Source: Candidatus Bathyarchaeia archaeon
GTDB taxonomy: Archaea; Thermoproteota; Bathyarchaeia; Bathyarchaeales; Bathycorpusculaceae
Length of the DNA: 64,000 nucleotides
Direction: 5' to 3'
Assembly: GCA_038883855.1 (NCBI GenBank)
Contig: JAVZLH010000001.1
Span: 128,001 to 192,000 of the forward strand
Shown here: one piece after another, positions 57,144 to 64,000 of the stretch
Layout: every line of letters begins with the position of its first letter
Position numbering within the stretch: position 1 is the stretch's first letter
Notes under the pieces: model-generated
The model's input: the letters and a program-made list of their open reading frames with translations, nothing else
Database searches by the model: none
What the model was told of the DNA's origin: nothing
Position numbers and translations under genes: made by a program

Positions 57144-57959
57144 TTACTCCTTCTCTATAAGTGTGCCTTCAACTTCTTCTTTTTTAAGAGCCTTATAAAT
57201 GTAGTTTGGCTTAGAAGCATTGACGATTAACACAGGTATTCCGTTTTCTATTGCTGGTATAAGCTCGGCTATTTTACTAAACATTCCGCCAGTAACGTCA
57301 CAAGCGGTTGACTTACCTATTTTGTTTTGGAGCCTCTTAAGCTCTTCTAACGTTAGGTGGTTGAACATTTTAGCGTTTTTTCTAACCTTTGGGTCATCAT
57401 CATACAATCCGTCTACGTCAACACCGATTATAATACGCTCTGCATTAAGCCTCGTAGCAATGGTTGAAATTTGCTGGTCGCCGGAAAGAATTGTGAAGCC
57501 CAACTTTGTGTCCAAGACTGCATCGCCATAGAGAACTGGAAGAAAGCCCATGTCTAACAGCATCCTTAACGGTGTGTCCTCAAAACATTTTATTCTTCCA
57601 CCTTCTGTCAACATGCATGATGAGGGCGTTATGCTCACCGCTGGAATTCCCTGCCAAACCAAAGCGTCCATAAATAAACCGTTAAGAACAGTCATTATGT
57701 GGTGTGTTTCAGCGAAACCAATCCGCTGTGCTTCCTCTTTGAAACCGTCCTTTATGGCGTATTTTTGGGCTACTGGATGACCGAAGCTTCCGCCGCCATG
57801 CACTATTATCAAGTTTTGAACATCTGCCTTCTTTATTTCTATGGCTATCCTGTTCATCACTTCTGTTCTTGCCTTCATCTCTTCGTTTTTGTCCGTTATC
57901 ACGGAGCCGCCGACTTTCAAAATTGTTGGTTTAAGCGGTTTCAATTCTAACACCTTCAT
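57144..57959 (-). CDS. ipk: Isopentenyl phosphate kinase
   Basis: LKVGGSVITDK, HGGGSFGH, LYGD, LSGD, DVTGGM..K. Confidence 0.93.
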   Translation of the reverse strand: MKVLELKPLKPTILKVGGSVITDKNEEMKARTEVMNRIAIEIKKADVQNLIIVHGGGSFGHPVAQKYAIKDGFKEEAQRIGFAETHHIMTVLNGLFMDALVWQGIPAVSITPSSCMLTEGGRIKCFEDTPLRMLLDMGFLPVLYGDAVLDTKLGFTILSGDQQISTIATRLNAERIIIGVDVDGLYDDDPKVRKNAKMFNHLTLEELKRLQNKIGKSTACDVTGGMFSKIAELIPAIENGIPVLIVNASKPNYIYKALKKEEVEGTLIEKE

Positions 57960-58917
57960 CCGTTTTTCTAGCTATAAATGGTCTTCCTCCAGCCCTTTGA
58001 ATGGCTTCCACAACCTTTTCAATCTCCTCGCTTCTTGTTAATGCAATCATACATCCGCCGCCTCCAGCCCCTGTTAATTTCGCGCCTAAAGCCCCAGCCT
58101 TTCGCGCTGCGCTTATAAGCCATTCTAATGAATCGTCTGAAACACCTAACCCATAAAGCAACGCGTGATTGATGTTCATCAATTCCCCAAGTGTTTCCAA
58201 GTCGTTGTCTTTTAATGCATCAACAGCCCTAAGAACAAGTTCTCTCGCAGCGTGCATCATAGGCTCTATAACGTGGGGATACTTGTTCTTGATATCCCGT
58301 ACTTTTTCAACTTGAGTGCGTGTAGACCTTTCCACGCCAGTATAGCCTATAACCAATGGGATGTCAGCCTCAACTTCAAGGGGTTTAAAACCAGTATCCA
58401 TCTGAAACAAAAGTGTTCCTCCAAAGGTTGAAATTGCTGGGTCTATTCCCGAGGGGGAGCCATGCACTATTTTTTCAGATTGAAAAGTTATGCGGAAAAC
58501 TTCCTCTTTCGACAGTTCTACGCCTAAAAAGGCGCTGACAGCCTTGGTGACCGCGGCTACCACAGCGGCGGAAGATCCTAAACCAGCGGCAACGGGAACT
58601 GTTGAGTTAATTTCAATGTTTAAGCCAACTTTTTCTCCACGTTTTTCCATGACTTTTTCTACTGCCAGCTTGATTGGTTCAAACTTCATTATGGCTTCTC
58701 TGAAGTCGCCATGTTCAACTTTGAAGTTGCCGTTATCAAAGTATCCAGACAAGTTAAGGTTTGTTGAGTGTAGGTAAAGCTTTTTGTCACTGCGGCTTTC
58801 AACTTTTGCATAGGCTCTTCTATCTATGGCGGTTACTATGGCTGGTTCGCCGTATACAACAAAGTGTTCTCCGAAAAGTATCACTTTCGCCGGGGCTGAG
58901 GCAACGACACCCATCAT
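57931..58917 (-). CDS. mvk: Mevalonate kinase
   Basis: SAPAKVILFGEHFVVYG, P.AAGLGSSAA, HG.PSGID, KLTGAGGGG. Confidence 0.96.
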   Translation of the reverse strand: MMGVVASAPAKVILFGEHFVVYGEPAIVTAIDRRAYAKVESRSDKKLYLHSTNLNLSGYFDNGNFKVEHGDFREAIMKFEPIKLAVEKVMEKRGEKVGLNIEINSTVPVAAGLGSSAAVVAAVTKAVSAFLGVELSKEEVFRITFQSEKIVHGSPSGIDPAISTFGGTLLFQMDTGFKPLEVEADIPLVIGYTGVERSTRTQVEKVRDIKNKYPHVIEPMMHAARELVLRAVDALKDNDLETLGELMNINHALLYGLGVSDDSLEWLISAARKAGALGAKLTGAGGGGCMIALTRSEEIEKVVEAIQRAGGRPFIARKTDEGVRIETA

Positions 58918-58923
58918 CCACCA

Positions 58924-59775
58924 CTATTTTTTGAAGCAGACGGCAGCATACCCAACAACACTTGAGTAGTCGCCAATTATATCTCCACTTGTCTTATAAC
59001 ATAACACTTTTGCCTCTTTAGCCCCCAAAAGTTTTGAAGCAACAATCAAAGCGGCTATCGGACCGTAGCCGCAAGCAGTAATGTGATGCGTTTCAATTGT
59101 TGAGTAGAATTTGTCTTCATTCATTTCTTCAACTGCTTCCAGAGCGGCTCTATCTTTCCTCTCCGCACTTTTCTGCGGCTCATAATGCGTCATGTCGGAA
59201 GACGCTATAACCACCGCGTTTTTACCAGCCAAAACCTTAGCCACAGCCTTACCAACTTCCTTAGCTGAAGACAAATCCTGCATCAAAAAACAGATCGGCA
59301 CTATTTTGATTTCTGAGCCATAAAGGTACTGGAGAAAGGGAAGCTGAACCTCAATTGAGTGTTCAAAACGGTGAGCGGAGTCATCAACATCAACAATACG
59401 TGATTCACGAACAATCTGGTTGGCTGTTTCACCGTCAACTTCCACATCGCCCAAAGGAGTACGCCAAAAACCCTCATTCATAACAGCCAAAGCACTGCCA
59501 TAACCAGTGTGGTTTGGACCAAAAATGACAGCGACATCTGGCTTGCCGTCACAAGCAAGCGAGTAATAGGCGTGGGCTGCCACTGGACCAGAAAACATGT
59601 AACCAGCATGGGGACAAACTAAACCAGTAACCCTTTTCAAACCAGTTTTAACAACAGCTGGAATTTTTCCGGGACCAAACTCGTGGAGAAAACAATTTTC
59701 AACCTGTCTTTTCAGCGACTCGGCGTTTCCCTCGTAGAATGCTCCAGCTTGTGTGGGACGCCGAACCTTCGCCAT
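58924..59775 (-). CDS. MEMO1/AmmeMemoRadiSam protein B family
   Basis: R.P..AG.FY, PHAGY.FSG, GPNH, EHSIEVQLPFLQ, ASSDMTHY, CGYGP, VGYA. Confidence 0.93.
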   Translation of the reverse strand: MAKVRRPTQAGAFYEGNAESLKRQVENCFLHEFGPGKIPAVVKTGLKRVTGLVCPHAGYMFSGPVAAHAYYSLACDGKPDVAVIFGPNHTGYGSALAVMNEGFWRTPLGDVEVDGETANQIVRESRIVDVDDSAHRFEHSIEVQLPFLQYLYGSEIKIVPICFLMQDLSSAKEVGKAVAKVLAGKNAVVIASSDMTHYEPQKSAERKDRAALEAVEEMNEDKFYSTIETHHITACGYGPIAALIVASKLLGAKEAKVLCYKTSGDIIGDYSSVVGYAAVCFKK

Positions 59776-59779
59776 TTTG

Positions 59780-60472
59780 TTAGGTTTCCTCCTCCTTTGA
59801 GATTTTAGCTTCAAAATCCTCTATGGTTAAGGGTAAATCCTTGTCTGGAGGCAGTTCGCCCCTTTCTCTCAAAATCTGTCTTGCCAACAACCAGTAAATC
59901 ACAGCTAAGGCGCGTCTGCCCTTATTGTTTGTTGGAATAACTAGGTCTACCCCTGAAAACTCGTTGTCCGTGCTGCATAATGCAACAACCGGTATGCCGG
60001 CTGCCGAAGCCTCCTTAACAGCTTGGAAATCCGCCCTCGGATCAGAAACTATCAAAACTTCGGGTTCAATGCGGTTTGGATAAAGCGTGTTTGTCAAAAG
60101 TCCTGGTATAAATCGTCCAATTATCGGAGTTGCCCCTGTTACTTCGCAGAATTTCTTAACCGGCTCTTGAGCGTACAGTCTGGCGGCGGCTGCGGCAATT
60201 TTTGCTGGTTCGAATCTGGCTAGAAACTTTGCAGCCACCCTTATACGTTCATCAGTTTTTTTCACGTCTAAAACGAATAGGCCGTCTGGTCTAACACGGT
60301 AAATGAAGTTTTCCATGTCTCCGGTTTTCATGCGTGTTCCAATGTGTATGCCCGCAGATAATAAGGCGTCTCGCTGCATCAGCAACTCTTCTTCTGCAAT
60401 CCCTTCGGTTTCTTCCTCGGAGCTACTTTCGCTTTTCGTCTCTTTCTTTTCTTTATCCTCAGCCATTTTCAT
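59780..60472 (-). CDS. rps2: 30S ribosomal protein S2
   Basis: [44 protein letters not shown]. Confidence 0.97.
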   Translation of the reverse strand: MKMAEDKEKKETKSESSSEEETEGIAEEELLMQRDALLSAGIHIGTRMKTGDMENFIYRVRPDGLFVLDVKKTDERIRVAAKFLARFEPAKIAAAAARLYAQEPVKKFCEVTGATPIIGRFIPGLLTNTLYPNRIEPEVLIVSDPRADFQAVKEASAAGIPVVALCSTDNEFSGVDLVIPTNNKGRRALAVIYWLLARQILRERGELPPDKDLPLTIEDFEAKISKEEET

Positions 60473-61731
60473 CTCCCCAGAATCTTTTTAAGATCAGCCA
60501 TTTTAGCCCTATCTTCAAGAAACTCTTCTATCCTTATCAACTCGTTTATCTTCGCAATCCTCGCCCCTTCAACAATTCCCGTTTTTATTATCGGGCATCT
60601 GAAGGCTACAGCCAAATGGGCTATGTGCCAGTCGCATGTGTCGCCTGAACGGTGGGACATTGTTGGCACGTACCCATTCCTTTTAGCCAAATCCACTGTT
60701 TCCAAAGCGTCTGTGATTGTGCCCACCTGGTTTACTTTTATTATGATGGCGTTGGCTGCACCTTTTTCTATTCCGCGGCTTAATCTCTCGCTGTTTGTTG
60801 CAAACAGGTCGTCGCCGCAAATCAAACATCCCTTAACCTTCTTTGTTAGTTCCGCAAAGCTTGCGAAGTCTTCTTCCTGGAAGGGGTCTTCAACATACAA
60901 TAAATTATATTTTTTTATAAGCTCCAAAATGTACTCCAACTGCTCTCCTGAATCGCGTTTTTTCCCCTCTCTTGCGTAGTCATAAACTTTTCCCCTTTTA
61001 TTCCATAGCGAGGATGCAGCAACATCGATACCAATACCGCATTTGAATCCAAGCTCATTGCCAACTTCTTCGCATGCCTTAGTTAAAACATCAAGTGCCT
61101 CTAAGTCTGTTATGTTGGCAACCCATGCTCCTTCGTCGCTTTTTCCACCGCTAAACAGTTCATTCTTCTCTTTTAACATGATACCAGCTTTTCTATGAAT
61201 TTTGGCGTTGGCAATAGCTGCCTCTAAGAAGTTTTCAGCTTCGTAGGGAAGGGCTAGAAATTCTTGGAAGTCTGGTGTTTTCCCCCTAGTGTGTTTTCCA
61301 CCGCTTATTACATTTCCAAGAGGATATGGGAGTTCGTTGGCGATGTACCCTCCTAAGTATTGAAAGAGAAGAATGCCGTAAGAGTTTGCGGCTGCCTCCG
61401 CGGTGGCTAGGGAAATGGCGAACGCCGTGTTTCCACCTATAACTCTAAAGTCCTTTGAACCATCTATTTCGTGTAGCATCCGGTCAATTTCATATTGGGA
61501 ATCGGCGTTCAAACCTATTAATTCAGGAGCTATTAACTCTTCAACTTTTTCTACGGCCTTGTCCACACTTCCATCCGGATAGTAGACAACTTCAGCTCTG
61601 CCGCGGCTTTCTCCAGCTGGTGCGGACGCTCTTCCAAACCCGGATGTTGTTGTTACGTCAACCTCGATTGTTTCTTGCCCTCGGCTAAGGAAAACTTTTC
61701 TGGCAATTATATCTTCAATGATTGTTGACAT
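60469..61731 (-). CDS. eno: Enolase
   Basis: SRG..T.EV, GGKH, QEF, DEG, IDVAAS, EDPF, GDDL, IKVNQ.GT, SHRSG, IKTG. Confidence 0.93.
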   Translation of the reverse strand: MSTIIEDIIARKVFLSRGQETIEVDVTTTSGFGRASAPAGESRGRAEVVYYPDGSVDKAVEKVEELIAPELIGLNADSQYEIDRMLHEIDGSKDFRVIGGNTAFAISLATAEAAANSYGILLFQYLGGYIANELPYPLGNVISGGKHTRGKTPDFQEFLALPYEAENFLEAAIANAKIHRKAGIMLKEKNELFSGGKSDEGAWVANITDLEALDVLTKACEEVGNELGFKCGIGIDVAASSLWNKRGKVYDYAREGKKRDSGEQLEYILELIKKYNLLYVEDPFQEEDFASFAELTKKVKGCLICGDDLFATNSERLSRGIEKGAANAIIIKVNQVGTITDALETVDLAKRNGYVPTMSHRSGDTCDWHIAHLAVAFRCPIIKTGIVEGARIAKINELIRIEEFLEDRAKMADLKKILGR

Positions 61732-61757
61732 GCTTTCACTTCTCTACTATGTTATCC

Positions 61758-61985
61758 CTAGTATGTTTTAACCTCTTTTCGTTTTTCAGCCTCTTCATAA
61801 AAGCGGAGAACCTCGTCGATAATTTCCACATGTGATAGTAACATGCGCCTACAACAGTATCGTTTAAACCCTAGGCTGTCTAAAACCTCGCTTGCGCTTT
61901 CTCCTGCTTTAGTCCTTCTGGCAAACTCTTCCCATTTATCTCCAATCAATTTACCACACGTGAAACATCTTACGGGTATAATCAT
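61758..61985 (-). CDS. rpoN: RNA polymerase subunit N (Rpo10)
   Basis: [12 protein letters not shown]...LD.LG..RYCCRRM. Confidence 0.97.
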   Translation of the reverse strand: MIIPVRCFTCGKLIGDKWEEFARRTKAGESASEVLDSLGFKRYCCRRMLLSHVEIIDEVLRFYEEAEKRKEVKTY

Positions 61986-62003
61986 CCATCCACCTCCCTC
62001 TTT

Positions 62004-62417
62004 TCATCTATAGCTTTTCTGGTCTCTGGCCCGCGCGCCGGGTCCGCCAAACTTCTTTGGTTCCTTCCGTCTTGGATCTCCAGCGAGTAACGTTCTGTCA
62101 TATTCCGTAAATATCCTTTTTAGCTGTGGACTTTTTTTGTTCCACTCCCACAGTCCCCTTGCAATTGCCATTCTTGCGGCTTCCGCTTGGCCCATGTAGC
62201 CTCCTCCATAAACTTTTACATCTATATCCAATTGTTTCCAAATTTCGTCTCCAGCCTGTATGAGGGGTTCCAAAATTTTCTCACGTGCAACTTCCGGCTC
62301 AAAAATTTCTATGGGAACTTTATTTATGCATACTCTTCCGACTCCAGGCTTAATTAGGGCGCGTGCTATCGCCGTCTTCCTTTTTCCGCTTACCGCTAAA
62401 ACTTTTTTAGTTGTCAT
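62004..62417 (-). CDS. rps9: 30S ribosomal protein S9
   Basis: [44 protein letters not shown]. Confidence 0.97.
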   Translation of the reverse strand: MTTKKVLAVSGKRKTAIARALIKPGVGRVCINKVPIEIFEPEVAREKILEPLIQAGDEIWKQLDIDVKVYGGGYMGQAEAARMAIARGLWEWNKKSPQLKRIFTEYDRTLLAGDPRRKEPKKFGGPGARARDQKSYR

Positions 62418-62419
62418 AT

Positions 62420-62872
62420 TTATCCTCCAGAGCTCCATCCGATTTCCTTTGCAAGTTCCTCAATCGTGAAGTAAGAACATGATAACTTTTTGGCTTGGGC
62501 GTCCATTATGGTTTCCATTTTTTTATCCTTAAGTTCTTCAGGTATTCCGATAAACACTTTAAGTCTTTTAAATGCTTGTTTTCCTTTTGGTTGTTTGTAG
62601 GGAAGCATGCCTCTAACAGTTCTCCTAACTATCCTGTCTGGTCTTTTATGATGAAACGGTCCTTTTTTCGAGGATCCAACTTCAAGAAATTCTTTAGCTT
62701 CCACAAATTTACTTTTTTTCTTCCCCGAAAGCACAACCTTTTCCGCATTCACGATTATGATTTCTTCTCCGTTTAACAAGCGTTTAGCAATCGTGCTTGC
62801 CATTCTGCCGAGGATTAAGCCCTCAGCATTTATTATTGTGGCTTGTTTGCTTGTTGACTCCATTTGCTTCAC
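62420..62872 (-). CDS. rpl13: 50S ribosomal protein L13
   Basis: [32 protein letters not shown]. Confidence 0.96.
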   Translation of the reverse strand: MKQMESTSKQATIINAEGLILGRMASTIAKRLLNGEEIIIVNAEKVVLSGKKKSKFVEAKEFLEVGSSKKGPFHHKRPDRIVRRTVRGMLPYKQPKGKQAFKRLKVFIGIPEELKDKKMETIMDAQAKKLSCSYFTIEELAKEIGWSSGG

Positions 62873-63240
62873 CCGATTATCTTTACGTTTGAACCCTTAG
62901 GGTTTTTCTTGACAAGCTCAAAAACGGATAAACACTTGCCCTTTACAGCCTTTATTTTTTCTTTTGCTGTTTCCGAAAAAGCGAAAGCTGCCACAGTAAT
63001 TGAATGGTCTATTTTGCCTGCGCCCAGAACTTTGCCCGGAACCACCACAGTTTCATTTTCTTGCGTATACCTATTTAAGTGACTTAAGTTCACAGCTATG
63101 CCTTTTCTTCTAGGCTTAGAAAGTTTTTCTGCAATTTCACGCCAGATGTTAGCCTCTTTTTCTTTACTTTGCTTTTTTAGTAAACGGATAAGCTTTGTAA
63201 GCTCTGGATTTGTTTTTTCAGTATTCTTCACCATTTTCAC
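62869..63240 (-). CDS. rpl18e: 50S ribosomal protein L18e
   Basis: TNP.L..LI..L, VNL..LNR, VVVPGKVLGAG, NPKGS.VKII. Confidence 0.96.
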   Translation of the reverse strand: MKMVKNTEKTNPELTKLIRLLKKQSKEKEANIWREIAEKLSKPRRKGIAVNLSHLNRYTQENETVVVPGKVLGAGKIDHSITVAAFAFSETAKEKIKAVKGKCLSVFELVKKNPKGSNVKIIG

Positions 63241-64000
63241 CCTTCACATAATTTTCTAATTCCATCAGTTGCTTGTCCAGTATTTTGACGGCTTCTGTGA
63301 TTATTCTCTCTGGTGGCAACGCACCTGTGGATTCTAAATTAAATATGAAGGTATTTTCTTCCCAACCAACGCTTATGGCTGGAGGTTTCTGCGGGCACGC
63401 GTCAACGCAATCTTTACATAGAGTGCAAGCCATCAAATCACGGACTTCGATGCTTTTTTCTTTCTTAACCAGAACTCTCCTTGGGCAGATTTCGACGCAT
63501 TTCCCACAAGCATCGCATTTTTCGCTGGCGACTTCTATTTTTGGGAAATATTTATATGCGCACATCGAGACCGGCTGCCATTTTGCATGGTTTTTGCCTT
63601 TTCCCAGCCTTGCGTATGCTTCAAACTTTAGTCTTTGTCCCTTTGCAAGTTTTACGATTGGAATTTTATCGCTCACCGGCACTATGTTGGGATTTTCTGA
63701 GATTAAGTCTCCAGAATAAACAGTTTTAGTGCCTTCCCTTGCCTCTACATCCAGTGTAAGTGTAACCCGACATAGGTTACATCCAAACTCGCTTTTACAA
63801 GGGCACTCCTCCGGCGGGTTATAGCCCTCCAGATCTGTTTTCAGCGGAATTAAGCCAAGCCTGTGGGCTATAATTTCATCTTGAAGTATGGAGGAATTGT
63901 CAATTATCATAACATCGTCTATTGCCATTACGTGGACTTCAGAAATTATCGCTCTTCTCAAAGCGTTTATGAATGGGACATCAACTCCTTGAATGAGTAG
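63218..64000 (-). CDS. rpoD: RNA polymerase subunit D (Rpo3) with a ferredoxin-like Fe-S insert; the 5' end lies beyond the window
   Basis: NALRRAIISEV, NSS...DEIIAHRLGLIPL, HAKWQP, CDACGKCVEICP / CTLCKDCVDACP. Confidence 0.96.
   Translation of the reverse strand, partial: LLIQGVDVPFINALRRAIISEVHVMAIDDVMIIDNSSILQDEIIAHRLGLIPLKTDLEGYNPPEECPCKSEFGCNLCRVTLTLDVEAREGTKTVYSGDLISENPNIVPVSDKIPIVKLAKGQRLKFEAYARLGKGKNHAKWQPVSMCAYKYFPKIEVASEKCDACGKCVEICPRRVLVKKEKSIEVRDLMACTLCKDCVDACPQKPPAISVGWEENTFIFNLESTGALPPERIITEAVKILDKQLMELENYVKGENGEEY

Noticed and set aside
60147-60160. GGTTCGAATC T-loop-like motif
   Set aside because: Inside rps2 coding sequence with no cloverleaf; no tRNA was found in the window, including after rpoN
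60469-61731. Divergent enolase N-terminus ([15 protein letters not shown]) as a possible inactive paralogue
   Set aside because: Catalytic and Mg-binding residues (H, E, E, D, E, D, K, HRS, K) appear retained and the gene context is canonical

Overview
Archaeal chromosomal window, most consistent with Bathyarchaeia (TACK). Supporting evidence: PolB1, a TackOD1 protein, an STT3-like AglB, SMC-ScpAB and frequent TTG starts. It is mostly core genome: a proteasome/exosome superoperon (psmA-SBDS-rrp4/41/42-rpl37ae-Brix-pcc1, then pfdB-DUF3194-DHH-ecfAAT-hxlB), an rpoD-rpl18e-rpl13-rps9-rpoN-eno-rps2-MEMO1-mvk-ipk-fni-GGPPS-gltX-srp19 run, topA, polB, repair genes, N-glycosylation genes and a type IV pilus locus. 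Reading the raw sequence adds several things missing from the ORF track. (1) A eukaryote-like 25-aa eL41/eS32 gene. (2) Near-cognate start codons on conserved genes: ACG for SRP19, CTG for scpA and probably ATT for eL41. (3) A preQ1-I-like pseudoknot/anti-SD leader in front of the queT S-component, a candidate archaeal deazaguanine riboswitch. (4) Homologues of eukaryotic PAC4/PSMG4 and OSTC/OST3. (5) Two tiny Cys-rich proteins. (6) Five decayed genes, including a collapsed gcvT. No rRNA, tRNA, CRISPR or IS element was recognised. All family calls come from motif recognition by eye, not from database searches.
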